DNA of 64,000 bases from Nitrospirota bacterium. Its GTDB lineage: Bacteria; Nitrospirota; UBA9217. The DNA lies in assembly GCA_963749655.1 (NCBI GenBank), contig CAVVOB010000039.1, forward strand, positions 33,085 to 97,084. The letters are read 5' to 3'. How positions within the stretch are numbered: the first letter of the stretch is position 1; each line of letters starts with the position of its first letter. Made by a program: the position numbers and the translations under genes. Under the pieces are notes generated by a model. The model saw only the letters and a program-made list of their open reading frames with translations, had not been told where the DNA came from and made no database searches. Shown here one piece after another: positions 40,805-51,091 of the stretch.

Positions 40805-41978
40805 ATGAAAGACCTCAAGGGTGCAATTCGGTGCCGGCGCTGCGGTGCTGCCATGTCCGACAGTACCGGAACCTGCCCGAAGTGCGGTCAAGCGTGGTGC
40901 TATGTCGAGTTGTATCAGAGCGGACGGAAGTTCAAGTATTACCGTGACAGCAAGAACCCCAATGAGAAACTTGGTTTCCTCCAGGCTTTTTCGCTTCTTC
41001 AGGAGATCAATGATGCGATCAAGAAGAACCAGCGGGAGAAAAGCGGCTTTAATCCCGCGGATTGGCAGCCTGAAAGCGTCAAGGCAAGACAGCTTGCCAA
41101 TGTGCTCGAACGCTGGCTAGAGCAGAAACGAGAAGAGGTAAAGGGCGGCGAACTCTCCTATGGCACCGTTCACGCATATCAGTCTCGAGTAAGCAATCAC
41201 CTGTCCAAACTCGGGCACCTCGACGTTCGGGAAATCAAGTTCTCGGACCTCGAAAATTTCAAAGACAGCCTTCCGAAAACAATCAAGCTGAAAACGAAGC
41301 GGGAGATACTGAACACGCTTCACGCCGCCATGCGCTGGATGTGGCGGAAGGGTATCATTTCTGATGTGCCCCCCTTCCCTATCATCAAGGGTAACGATTC
41401 TGAACCTCGCATAGCGTTGTCGATCGAGGACCAGGTCAAAGCCCTCAATGCAATACCGGAACAGCATCGAGACGTGTTTGAATTTGAATTCGAAACAGGT
41501 ATTCGGCAGGAGAGACGTGCGCCCTCAAGATCAAGGACGTTGACTTTCAGAACCGAACCATGAGAGTGCAGCGAACCTTTACCATGCGGAAACTTAGAGA
41601 GGCCGACAAAGAGGCTCACAAAAAAAACGTGCCCCTGTCAGATCGGGCGCTGGCGATCGCAAAGGCCAGGTCCGCCGGCCGGTTTCCCGAAGATTGGCTT
41701 TTCCTGCATCCCAGGACCGGGATGCATACACGATTCATCGTCTTGCGTTGCTCTGGAACTCGACCGGCCTTCCCTGCACCCACTATGAAGGCAGCCGTCA
41801 TTCTTTCTGTACGCAAATTTCAGAGGTCGCCGACGGTGTAGCAGCCCAAGCGCTCATGAGGCACACTGATCCGCGCTCTACAGCGCGATACACGCACAAC
41901 AGGACGGAATATCTCCGGGACGTGCTCTCTCGAAGAAGCTCTCCCCGCGCTCTCCCCATAGGAGCGAAAAAGTCGTGA
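40805..41978 (+). CDS. int: Phage-type tyrosine integrase (frameshifts near 41505 and 41720)
   Basis: N-terminal CxxC/CxxC; TGIR, KKNVPLS, YEGSRHSF and LMRHTDPRSTARY; stops 21 bp before attR. Confidence 0.88.
41940..41957 (+). repeat. Candidate integrase arm-type sites (right)
   Basis: TCTCCCCGCGCTCTCCCC, matches 30015-30032. Confidence 0.65.
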
Positions 41979-41999
41979 GAAATCAACAACAGGGATTAT

Positions 42000-42025
42000 T
42001 TCGATTCTCATGCTCTCCCGCCATT
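42000..42025 (+). repeat. attR core (duplicated tRNA-Sec 3' end)
   Basis: Identical 26-mer to 29944-29969. Confidence 0.93.
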
Positions 42026-42132
42026 ATTTAATTTGAAATAAAATTATTTAAAAGGTCCATACCGTGGTCGGTACTGTATGAACGCTTAGAGATAACCGTT
42101 TTAAGTTTACAGGCCAAGGAGAAGTCACCCTT

Positions 42133-42980
42133 TTGAAAATCGTTTTTTATTCCGGCCTAATATTAATTTTAGTTTATAGCTGTCTCGGATGCGATACTTG
42201 TCGTTTAGCCTTGAAAAGACAAAACTATGACGAAGCAATTAAAGAATGTTCAATGCAGATCAAGAAATACGATTGGACCAGTATACAGGTAACAGCTCAC
42301 GTTAATCGCGGGGTTGCCTATTTTAGCAAAGGATTTTATGATGATGCAATATCCGACTTCAATTCGGCTATTAGCTTGAACTCTAAGTATGAACTTGCTT
42401 ATGTTAATCGCGGCCTTGCATATTCAAGGAAGGGACTTTTTGATAAAGCAATGTCAGATTTCACTTTAGCGATCAATTTGAACCTTACATATGAGTTTAC
42501 TTACCTTGCACGCGCAAGTGTTTATGCGAAGAACAATCAATATGATAATAGCGCCAGTGACTTAACCAAAATAATAGACATATCACCCAAAAATTATTTA
42601 GCATACGCATTGCGTGGTTCCCTTTATCGCAAACAAGACAAGCTCGCACTTGCTCTTGATGATTTCAACAATTCTATAAAATTAAATTCTAAGGACACCA
42701 GGGTATTTAATAACCGTGGGGAGATTATTTGTTTACAGGCAATTATGATAAGGCATTAAGTGATTTCCTGAAAGCTATGGAATTGAACCCTAAGATCGCT
42801 GTTTCTTATTACAATATGGCTTGCTTGGCGGCAATCCATAATAAAATTGACGATGCGTGTAGTTGGTTTAAAAAATCTATTGAATTAGGGTATGACGAGT
42901 GGGGTCTAATAAAAAAAGATACAGATTTAATTAACCTTCGAAATGAAACGTGTTATGTTGAGGTAATGATGGGTAAGTGA
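42133..42980 (+). CDS. Exported TPR-repeat protein (frameshift near 42725)
   Basis: Signal peptide; repeated AYVNRGLAY...A.SDF..AI.LN units; C-terminal YYNMACLAA; low GC. Confidence 0.82.
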
Positions 42981-43028
42981 TTATTACTGGCATAGTGCCG
43001 TGATCATACCGCAAAGGTTGTGACTCAC

Positions 43029-43078
43029 TGATAAATCATCAACAGGCCAGAATTCAATTTTCATGCTATCCCACAATC
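43029..43078 (+). repeat. Degenerate second attR-like relic
   Basis: 43053-43078 matches the att core at 20/26; 43029-43046 matches 41976-41993 at 16/18 with the same 6-nt spacing. Confidence 0.7.
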
Positions 43079-43115
43079 TAAATGAGGAATAGCCCCATAC
43101 AACACGCTGACAAAT

Positions 43116-43146
43116 AGGGGCTCTGGATATTTCCAGAGCCCCTTTA
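43116..43146. terminator. Stem-loop/terminator
   Basis: AGGGGCTCTGGA-TATT-TCCAGAGCCCCT. Confidence 0.65.
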
Positions 43147-43403
43147 CGTTACACTCTATTCCTGATGCTCTTAGTTTGTTGCCGGACAACTCAAGACGTG
43201 CTGATATCTCCGCTGACTACTGCGCCGTAATGCAATAGACTCCACAAAGATCGTACCGCTCTTGAAGCTCGGCTTGACGAGCACGTCGACCGTCTGAGGC
43301 CCGGTCTCGGGCATCCGCTCGCCGGCGTAAATCAATTTTTAAAATCTGCAATGTTCATTATCGCATTCCACTTTATTGCCATCTCACTTATGGAATGAAA
43401 TTA

Positions 43404-44781
43404 GGATCTTCTGACTTTCCTGTGGGTCACTAAGAAGCATATATATGGATATAAGGCCCATTTGAAGCTGCTTTTAACGATTTATTGCTCTTTGATAACT
43501 TGACACGTTTCGGTGCAAAGGGTATCGTCTTGCCTTATGAAGAAGACCACCCTTAGCTCGCTCTATAGCTTTCCGGGATTTCGAGCCCAGTCACGGTTAA
43601 AGGATGACCCGGACGATCCCGGTGGTCGTATTATCATCCTGCGACGACGGCAAAAAAAACTACCTGTTCCTGTGGCAGTAGCCGACGAGGCTTCTACGAT
43701 CGCGTCAACCATCGGGTCAAGGATCTGGACTCCGGCGGCATTCGGATCTCTCTTGAGTTCGAGTATCGCCGCATATTCTGCCGGAGGTGCCAAGCCGTGA
43801 AGCGAGAGACCCTTGCCTGGCTGGCATCATCCAAGAGATTCACCGGACGGTTCGAACAGGCCATTGGGCGTCAGTGTCGTGAAATGTCCATATCGCGAGT
43901 AGCTGAGATGAACCGCTTAAGCTGGGACCAGGTCCAGCGCATCGAGAAAAGCTACATGCGTGATTTGCTGGCGAAGCACCCGCCGTCCAAGGACCTTCGC
44001 GTGATCGGCATCGATGAAATATCCATCCGTAAGGGCCATACCTATGCAATCGTTGTTGCCGATCTGGATCAGCAGCGCCCGATATGGCTTGGCGGCAACG
44101 GCCGCAAGGAAGAGGATTTAGACCTCTTCTTCAATGAAATTGGACCGGATATATCGAAGGGCATCAAGCTGGCGGTCATGGATATGTGGAAGCCTTTCAG
44201 AAACGCTACTAAACACCATGCACCGGACGCTCAGCTCGTCTTCGACAAGTTCCATGTACTCCGGCACCTGTCGTTCGCCTTGGATGAGGTTAGGCGGAGC
44301 GAATACAAACGTGTCAATGACAAAGAACGACGGTTCATCAAGGGCCAGCGCTATACGCTGCTTTCAAACCGGGACAACCTGGATATGAATGGCAAGCGGG
44401 CTTTGAAACTCCTACTCAAGGCCAATAGCCGCCTTCACAAGGCTTATTTACTCAAGGAATCTTTCGGCCAGCTGTGGTCATACAACAATCCGACCTGGGC
44501 ACGGAAGTTCTTTGAGAACTGGAAAGAACAGCTTCGCTGGAGCCGCTTGGAACCGTTTCAAAAGTTTGCTGCAATGATCGAACGCCACTGGGATGGAATC
44601 ATCAGTTACTGTCATCCCGACAACAAGGTCTCCCTCGGGTTCATGGAGGGATTAAACAACAAGATTCGGGTAATTCAACGTCGGGCTTATGGCATAAAGG
44701 ATAAAGAGTATCTTCAGCTGAAGGTGCTGACTTCCTTTCTCCCAGATGCTATAAATGACCCACACTAAACCCGGAAGACCC
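43404..44781 (+). mobile_element. ISL3-family insertion sequence
   Basis: Imperfect 26-bp terminal IRs (43404-43429 and 44756-44781, 20/26); transposase motifs IGIDE, MDMW, FDKFH and EGLNNKIRVIQRRAYG. Confidence 0.9.
43537..44768 (+). CDS. ISL3 transposase with a -1 shift at an A8 run (43652-43659)
   Basis: RRRQKK then, in the -1 frame, TCSCG...CRRC zinc finger running into ORF 43797-44768. Confidence 0.8.
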
Positions 44782-44785
44782 TCTT

Positions 44786-44829
44786 TTTGTTTGTTTGTTT
44801 GTTTGCTTGCTTGCTTGCTTGCTTGCTTG
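44786..44829 (+). repeat. Tetranucleotide microsatellite (TTTG)5(CTTG)6
   Basis: Read directly from the sequence. Confidence 0.9.
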
Positions 44830-44901
44830 ATGAAGCACTGTTGTCAAACATTATCGTAGGATTTTCTTCATAAAAGGTTGCACCGAAATAATTCGGCTAT
44901 T

Positions 44902-45117
44902 CTACAAATCGGCAGGCTGGAGACCCGTCTTCTTCGCAATGCGAGCAAGCATACGCGGTCCTATTTCAGTACCATCATGAAAGGCGAAGACATAATCAGG
45001 CCATCCGGGCCGTGAAAGAATGCGGTGGGAACCGGCGGTCTCTCGTTTGATAGACCAGCCGATATGAAGGAGTGCGGCAAGAACCGAGCGGGCTTTCGCG
45101 GAAGGCCATTGACTCAT
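44902..45117 (-). CDS. hicA: HicA-family toxin
   Basis: GWSIKRETAGSHRIL...AFHDGTEIGPRMLARI. Confidence 0.88.
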   Translation of the reverse strand: MSQWPSAKARSVLAALLHIGWSIKRETAGSHRILSRPGWPDYVFAFHDGTEIGPRMLARIAKKTGLQPADL

Positions 45118-45314
45118 GCAGTGACGGCGAAAAGTTCATCGAGTCCCGGAATGGTCTCACCATGATCAATCCGATCCGCAATCACTCGTAGAGCAAGAGC
45201 TTCAACTTTGGCGATGGCTTCTTCACGCGTTTTTCCATAGGTTAAGACGCCAGGGAGATCGGATACTTCGGCAATCCAACGCCCGTCTTCTTCTTTCTCG
45301 ATATCTATCTTCAT
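45114..45314 (-). CDS. hicB: HicB-family antitoxin (short, no DNA-binding domain)
   Basis: EEDGRWIAEVSDLPGVLTYGKTREEA; ATGA overlap with hicA. Confidence 0.88.
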   Translation of the reverse strand: MKIDIEKEEDGRWIAEVSDLPGVLTYGKTREEAIAKVEALALRVIADRIDHGETIPGLDELFAVTA

Positions 45315-46344
45315 CTTAAGCTCCTCTGAGGATAAATTTAGCTGATTATGGGGCTGTTTGCAAGCTCAATTATCATGGGCGGGGCGGTTTTTTCACCTGT
45401 TAAGTGAAACCCAACACAATTATCACCTGCTTTTGAGCCGTATCATACGCATCGGGTTACACCTTGCCCTACCCGACCTCCCGTTTATATTCTTATCCGT
45501 CCGCATGCTCTCGGAGCGCGACAAGACCGTTGACATGATCCGCTCGTTTGTGCGGCAGCGTGATGCTGCATTACTGAAGCCGGAAGGGTTGAGGAGGTTG
45601 TAGGGCTTGTTCTGTCAGCGGGGGATTGTGGTTTGTGAATTACACCTACAAATCCGCAATTGAGTTCGCTGGATTATGCTGCGAGATACCAGTTGAAACA
45701 TGGTTATGCCCGGTCTGCGCTTGTTTGGTCGTAAGTTCAGTAAGTCAAAAGGTTATTCACGTATCAACGTCCCCTAGTTGTCCCTTCTGCTATTTTGCGA
45801 AACACTCGCTGTCGGAATGTAGACTGTCGCCTTCCGGACTACACGTCGGCTGCGTGTTTAAACGCATCTCCATTTAATGCGGACACGCCTTGTACGGCGC
45901 ATACCGATCACTGCTGCAGCATTCTCCAAATTCAAATGAACTCCGGACATCCTTGCAAGCTGAGCATGATGCTGTGCAGCCCTCCTTCAATAGAATCCTG
46001 TGGCCACGCCCCGGGCGAATAAACCGAATTCAGCGTGAGTGAAATAGTAACATTGCTGAGAGTTCCCGGCGTTCATTTCTGGAACAATTCTTTTTAATAT
46101 GAGATTCGAGCTGAATTCAATGAATATGAAATTGTACAACACAAAGCTCACCGACGCATTTTTCGGACTGATAATAATAAAAATATCACCTTAGTCCGCC
46201 AAATCTGCTATCTTTATATCTATTGCATATACGAATCCATCCAATGCTGCAGGAGAAGGAAAGTTCCAACTAAGCCTGTATTTCCAACTTTTCTACGGAG
46301 AGGAAAGTACAATAATAAACTGAAATGCCTTTGGGGAGTTGCTT

Positions 46345-47081
46345 ATGTCCGATAAACAGAAAGCTCTCGTTATCTGCCGGACTCCAGCCGGTCGCATGTA
46401 TTTGGGCGTCCTGCTCAATCGTATCTGGTATACACCCATCTTCGCGGAAAGCACTAGCGAGGCGGACGCACTTGTGAAAAAACATGCTCTCTTCGGTGAT
46501 TCTTTTGGACGGGGACATGTCGGACAATGAAAGGGACGCTGCAGTTTCTTTTCTGAGAAATGATCCTGCACTGAAAGACTCTGCCCTTGCTCGTCGTTTT
46601 TTCAACGGAGAACAACGTCTTGCGCGAGTCATTGATATCGAAAGGATGCTTTGACGTTATTCAGAAGCCAATTGATTTATCCCAGTTCTACAGCATACTT
46701 TGCCGATTGAGCGGTCAACCAAGACAGACGCCGAGGGTCCCGCTCAGAACGCGCGTAGAGATTGAAAAACAGACCCAAAACATGTTCCTGACCAGTGTTG
46801 ATATCTCAGAAGGCGGCATCTACCTCCGAACGTACACGCCGATACCCGAGAATACAACCCTCCAACTTTCCTTTACACTTCCGCATGACGCCGGCAGAAT
46901 CAGCGTGGTGGGAGAAGTTGTAAGGAATATTCCGCTTGGACCGCAACTCGACACGGAACCGGGGATCGGACTTCGCTTCGTAGGGATATCAGAAGAAGCC
47001 AGGGGCAGGATCAGAGACTTTGTAAAATCTACGCTGATGACCGATCTCGGGTGGAATTTGGATTTTCAGGAAGCGGTGTGA
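46345..47081 (+). CDS. Receiver-like plus PilZ domain protein (frameshift near 46480)
   Basis: PilZ motifs RQTPR and DISEGG, ending GIGLRF; receiver-like KP motif. Confidence 0.75.
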
Positions 47082-47091
47082 AGCCCCGTCA

Positions 47092-47595
47092 TCACGAGGT
47101 CTTCTCCTGCTCACCGCCTATCTTCTCCTGCTCACGGCTCTCATTCATCGTCGTCTTATTCGATGCCCACGCATAATCAACGTACCCAAGAATCTGCGCC
47201 CTGGTCGCATCCGGGACTTGCCGAAACTTTCTGAGGAGCTGTATTTCCTCCCCATTCATGATCTTGCCGAGATAGACGCACTGCTCAAAGGAAAGAGGCC
47301 ATACCCGTTTCTTTTCCCAGGTTCTTGGCTTGTCGGCGGAGAGGAAATACCCCTTCACCTCGACAGGCACCTTCTCCCGGTGCGCTGCCAGGATCAAGGA
47401 GTTCCTGTCCAGTCCGAGATTGCCGGCTATTTTCCCGAGTGTGGCGTCCTTCGGGATGTGTTCGCACTTGACCACGCGTCTCAGAAGTTCCTGGCTGATG
47501 CCGACGGCCTTCGCGGCAGGCTTCAACGTCTGCAAGCCTCTCTGTTCCAGGGCCTGCTTGATCAATTCTCCGATTTTGAAGGTGTCCTTTTTCAA
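47092..47595 (-). CDS. XRE-family HTH regulator
   Basis: LKPAAKAVGISQELLRRVVKCEHIP. Confidence 0.72.
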   Translation of the reverse strand: MKKDTFKIGELIKQALEQRGLQTLKPAAKAVGISQELLRRVVKCEHIPKDATLGKIAGNLGLDRNSLILAAHREKVPVEVKGYFLSADKPRTWEKKRVWPLSFEQCVYLGKIMNGEEIQLLRKFRQVPDATRAQILGYVDYAWASNKTTMNESREQEKIGGEQEKTS

Positions 47596-47808
47596 AGCTG
47601 TCGCTCTCCTCTATTCGCGCGCCGATGCCGATGAGCTCCGGTACAAAAAGTGCCCCGTGTGGCTCACACCGATATTCATATAAACATTCTATCACTTCAC
47701 GGAGCGTTTTCTGCATATTACAGCTCAAACGGCGGGGTATTTTTGGGGTATGTCAAAATATCGCCAGGACCGACGATTGGTAAACGCGGGGGTGATTGGG
47801 CTGAGTGC

Positions 47809-48078
47809 TCACGCTGGAAATCTTTTCGCGGCGCGGGCCCGTGCCTTGGCCGCCTCTTCCTCGCGGTTCCTCGGCGGCGCGCTGGTCTCGAGCGAATTCA
47901 GCAGCTTCCGGGAAGCAGCCGCCACCTCGTCCACGGCCGCAAGAAATGCAGCCTCGTTCGCTTTCGATGGTTTGCTGAAGCCGCTCACCTTTCTCACGAA
48001 CTGCACAGCTGCCAGACGGATTTCTTCATTCGTCACCGGCGGTTCGAAGTTGAACAGGATCTTGATATTTCTGCACAT
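47809..48078 (-). CDS. DUF2277 family protein
   Basis: MCRNIKILFNFEPPVTNEEIRLAAVQFVRKVSG. Confidence 0.85.
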   Translation of the reverse strand: MCRNIKILFNFEPPVTNEEIRLAAVQFVRKVSGFSKPSKANEAAFLAAVDEVAAASRKLLNSLETSAPPRNREEEAAKARARAAKRFPA

Positions 48079-48122
48079 GGTAAATACCTCCTCGGAAGGC
48101 ACAGGGAATGTTGATCGGTTCT

Positions 48123-49106
48123 TTATCGTGTAAAGATCAGCCGGACCACATCGTCGACCTCCATCTCATGGATCAGGATGTCCTCGACCGGCAGGGTCGA
48201 CGACAGCACCCGTGAAGCCACGGTCTTCACGTCTTCGCGCGGCACCTTGAGAAGTGCCTGCCCTCCACCGAACTTCACGACCTCGCCGAAACGCTCCAGG
48301 TCCGCCTGCCTCATCCCGTCGTGGAACATGACGGTCAGCAGCTTGTGGCGGGCGTACTTCCTGACGAGATCGTCCAGCAAACCGTCGTACACGATGGCGC
48401 CCTGGTCGATGATCACGACCCGCTTGCACAGCTGGCTGATGTCCTCCATATAGTGGGAGGTCAGGACGATCGTCGTGCGCTTATCGGCGTTGTAGGCCGC
48501 GATGAAATCGCGCACGTTCTTCTGCGCCACCACGTCCAGCCCGATCGTGGGCTCGTCGAGAAGCAAAACGCGGGGTTTGTGGATCAGCGCGGCCACCAGC
48601 TCGCACTTCATCCTCTGGCCCAGGGAAAGTTTGCGCACGGGTACGTCGATGACGTCCTTCAGCATCAGGAGCTCGGTGAGCTCGCCGAGGTTCCGCTTGA
48701 ATTCGTCGTCCGGGTACTCGTAAATCGCCTTGTTCAGGGCGATGCTTTCCCGGGCAGGCAGGTCCCACCAAAGCTGGTTCTTCGAGCCCATGACCAGGGA
48801 GAACTGTTTCTGATATTCCGCGGCCCGGTCGAAGGGAACATAGCCGAGCACGCGGACGCTCCCCGCGTCGGGATACAGAATGCCTGCCAGGACCTTCAGG
48901 GTCGTGGTCTTCCCTGCCCCGTTCGGTCCGAGGAAGCCGACGAGCTCTCCCCGGGCAATGGAAAAACTGATGTCTTTCACCGCCTCGATGATCCTTGTCT
49001 CGCGCTTGAACAGTCCGGCGATCGATCCCCACAGGCCGGACCGGCTCAGGGCATATTCGTAATGTTTCGTAAGGTGTTCAACTTCGATGTCCTGTATTGG
49101 TTTCAT
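48123..49106 (-). CDS. ABC-2 type transporter ATP-binding protein
   Basis: GPNGAGKTT, LSLGQRMK and LLLDEPT. Confidence 0.93.
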   Translation of the reverse strand: MKPIQDIEVEHLTKHYEYALSRSGLWGSIAGLFKRETRIIEAVKDISFSIARGELVGFLGPNGAGKTTTLKVLAGILYPDAGSVRVLGYVPFDRAAEYQKQFSLVMGSKNQLWWDLPARESIALNKAIYEYPDDEFKRNLGELTELLMLKDVIDVPVRKLSLGQRMKCELVAALIHKPRVLLLDEPTIGLDVVAQKNVRDFIAAYNADKRTTIVLTSHYMEDISQLCKRVVIIDQGAIVYDGLLDDLVRKYARHKLLTVMFHDGMRQADLERFGEVVKFGGGQALLKVPREDVKTVASRVLSSTLPVEDILIHEMEVDDVVRLIFTR

Positions 49107-49130
49107 GCTATCTGCGCACCTCGGGTACGT

Positions 49131-49937
49131 TCAGCTCGACGCGCTGCTGTATTTCCTGAGCGCCCGGCTCCACAGGAACAGGGCGAGCTTCAGGAACAGG
49201 CCGGCATACACAAGAGCGAACACGATCCATTTCCAGCTCATGACGTGAAGGGCCGCCTTGACCGGAAAGGCGACGATCGTGATGATCGGGATGATGATCA
49301 TAAAGATCATCTGCACCGGCGCGGCATAGATCTCGGGGGGAAAGCGGCCGATGGTCATGGCCTCGCGGTAGACCCAGATGAAATTTTCGCTTTCGATCTT
49401 CCAGATCGTAACGCTCGCGGATATTATGTGGATACCCAGGACGATGGCCAGGCCCACCAGAAGCATGCCGGCGTAAAGGAATATGCTGGACAGCGAGTGC
49501 ATGGCCGGGATCCTTGCCATAACAAAGACGATCAGGGCGACGATCGGCACAAGGAAGATGAGGTCTGCAATGTCGGTCAGCCGGCTGAGCGAATAGAACA
49601 GGGGGTTCACGGGCTTGCTCAGAATGAAATCGAAGTTGCCCGTCTGGATATCGCGGCGAAACAGATAGATCCCGCGGAACAGGGCCTGGGAACAGACATC
49701 GATGAAATTGAAGGTGAGGAAGAAAAGCACTGCTTCATCCATGGTGTACCCGGCCAGACGGTCCGTGAACCGGAACAGGGCCGCGATAAAGAGAAGAAAG
49801 AAGCCGAAGCGGATCAGCTTGCCGACGAAAAAGGACGTATAGTCGATGGCATTGGACAGGTAGGTCCCGATCGCCAGCCTGGCAAGCTGCTTCCAGATGC
49901 CATAGTATTTTTTTGCAAGGGCCGCCATTGAAACCAT
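49131..49937 (-). CDS. ABC-2 family permease (DUF990-like)
   Basis: IQTGNFDFILSKPVN and RFPPEIY; about 6 TMs. Confidence 0.85.
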   Translation of the reverse strand: MVSMAALAKKYYGIWKQLARLAIGTYLSNAIDYTSFFVGKLIRFGFFLLFIAALFRFTDRLAGYTMDEAVLFFLTFNFIDVCSQALFRGIYLFRRDIQTGNFDFILSKPVNPLFYSLSRLTDIADLIFLVPIVALIVFVMARIPAMHSLSSIFLYAGMLLVGLAIVLGIHIISASVTIWKIESENFIWVYREAMTIGRFPPEIYAAPVQMIFMIIIPIITIVAFPVKAALHVMSWKWIVFALVYAGLFLKLALFLWSRALRKYSSASS

Positions 49938-50130
49938 TTGCCTTTCGCTGAGAACCCATTACTCGATGCATCCGTAAAAAATCAATAATCCACCGCCGAG
50001 ACGCCGAGGCGCAGAGAGAAGACCATAGAGAATTATTGGGTTTCTCCGCGTCTCAGTGTCTCCGCGGTAATATTTATCTTTTGTTTCCATCTGCAAAATC
50101 TGCGTCATCTGCGGATAAAGACCTCTCTTG

Positions 50131-50931
50131 TCACATCCCCTCCCCGGTATACCGCTTCAATCCCCTTTTCCAAACAACAGCGATGACCAGTGAGAGTATT
50201 CCCGTCCAGAGCGCCTGCTGCAGGATGCCTGCTCCGGCTGCGGCAGGGCTCAGACGCCCCAGGTATATTTGAAGAGGAAGATATATGATGCCGGCAAAGG
50301 GCAATGCCTGCACGGCCGCAAGGGCCGGCGCAGGAAGAATGTCGAGGGGAAAATAAGCGCCCGAGGCGAATTCGAGGACCCAATCGAAAAGGAACCGCGG
50401 CCCCATGGCCTCCCGCGACCAGAACGCCAGGAGGCTTATGAGATAGCTCATGGCGAAGAACAGCACCACTGCCATGGCAAGGGAAGCAATGAACAACAGC
50501 AGCAGAATGCCCTCGCGCTGCAGGAAGAAGGTGACCTGAAGCAGCAGGCCGAAGAGGACGACCTCGACGAGCGACGTCAGAAAACAGATGATCCGCGGGG
50601 CCAGCTCGGCGGAAAAGGTGCGAAGCAGGTAGCTCATGGGCATGACCAGGTACGCCGAGAACAGGCCTTCGTTGACGTCGATAACGACCTGCTTCGACTG
50701 GTTGCCCTGGATGATCGCGCGCAGGATATTGACGCCGAAGACATAGGTCACCAGCTCGTCGCGGGAATATCCGGCGAACATCCCGGTCCTCTTCGTAAGG
50801 GAGATCCAGACGAAGTACAGCAGCAGCATCGTAAGAATGTTTCGAAGCCTGCCGAGAATGAAATTGAACCGGTATTCGAGTTCCCGCTGCCAGCTGATCC
50901 TGAAAACGGCTATGTACTTTGCGCAGTGCAT
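50131..50931 (-). CDS. ABC-2 family permease
   Basis: LEYRFNF, SGAYFPLDILP and YTGEG. Confidence 0.85.
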   Translation of the reverse strand: MHCAKYIAVFRISWQRELEYRFNFILGRLRNILTMLLLYFVWISLTKRTGMFAGYSRDELVTYVFGVNILRAIIQGNQSKQVVIDVNEGLFSAYLVMPMSYLLRTFSAELAPRIICFLTSLVEVVLFGLLLQVTFFLQREGILLLLFIASLAMAVVLFFAMSYLISLLAFWSREAMGPRFLFDWVLEFASGAYFPLDILPAPALAAVQALPFAGIIYLPLQIYLGRLSPAAAGAGILQQALWTGILSLVIAVVWKRGLKRYTGEGM

Positions 50932-51091
50932 TCCACTCCGATAGCATGGGGACCATGAATGTGCCGGTCGGACCCTTGTTGTATCTTATTGTATCATCTC
51001 CGATTCAGAAAAACAGCAGGAGAGTAGCGGAGAACGAAGCCGGGGTAACCCGGGTACGAGGATCAAGATACGGGGAGATGGCGAGGGAAAT

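Larger units (their letters stand above)
29944..42025. mobile_element. ~12 kb integrative element (phage-satellite/PICI-like) inserted in the tRNA-Sec 3' end
   Basis: Perfect 26-bp direct repeat at both ends; integrase next to the right repeat; phage-type replication genes; lower GC than the flanks. Confidence 0.9.

Noticed and set aside
29970-41999. Complete prophage, ICE, DGR or retron
   Set aside because: No capsid/tail/lysis, relaxase/T4SS or reverse transcriptase genes are recognisable.
43150-43330. GC-rich coding-like fragment on the minus strand
   Set aside because: Too short and not assignable; likely a truncated gene remnant.
45330-46340. Short ORFs in the 1 kb spacer after hicB
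   Set aside because: No RBS or motif support; probably degraded accessory DNA.
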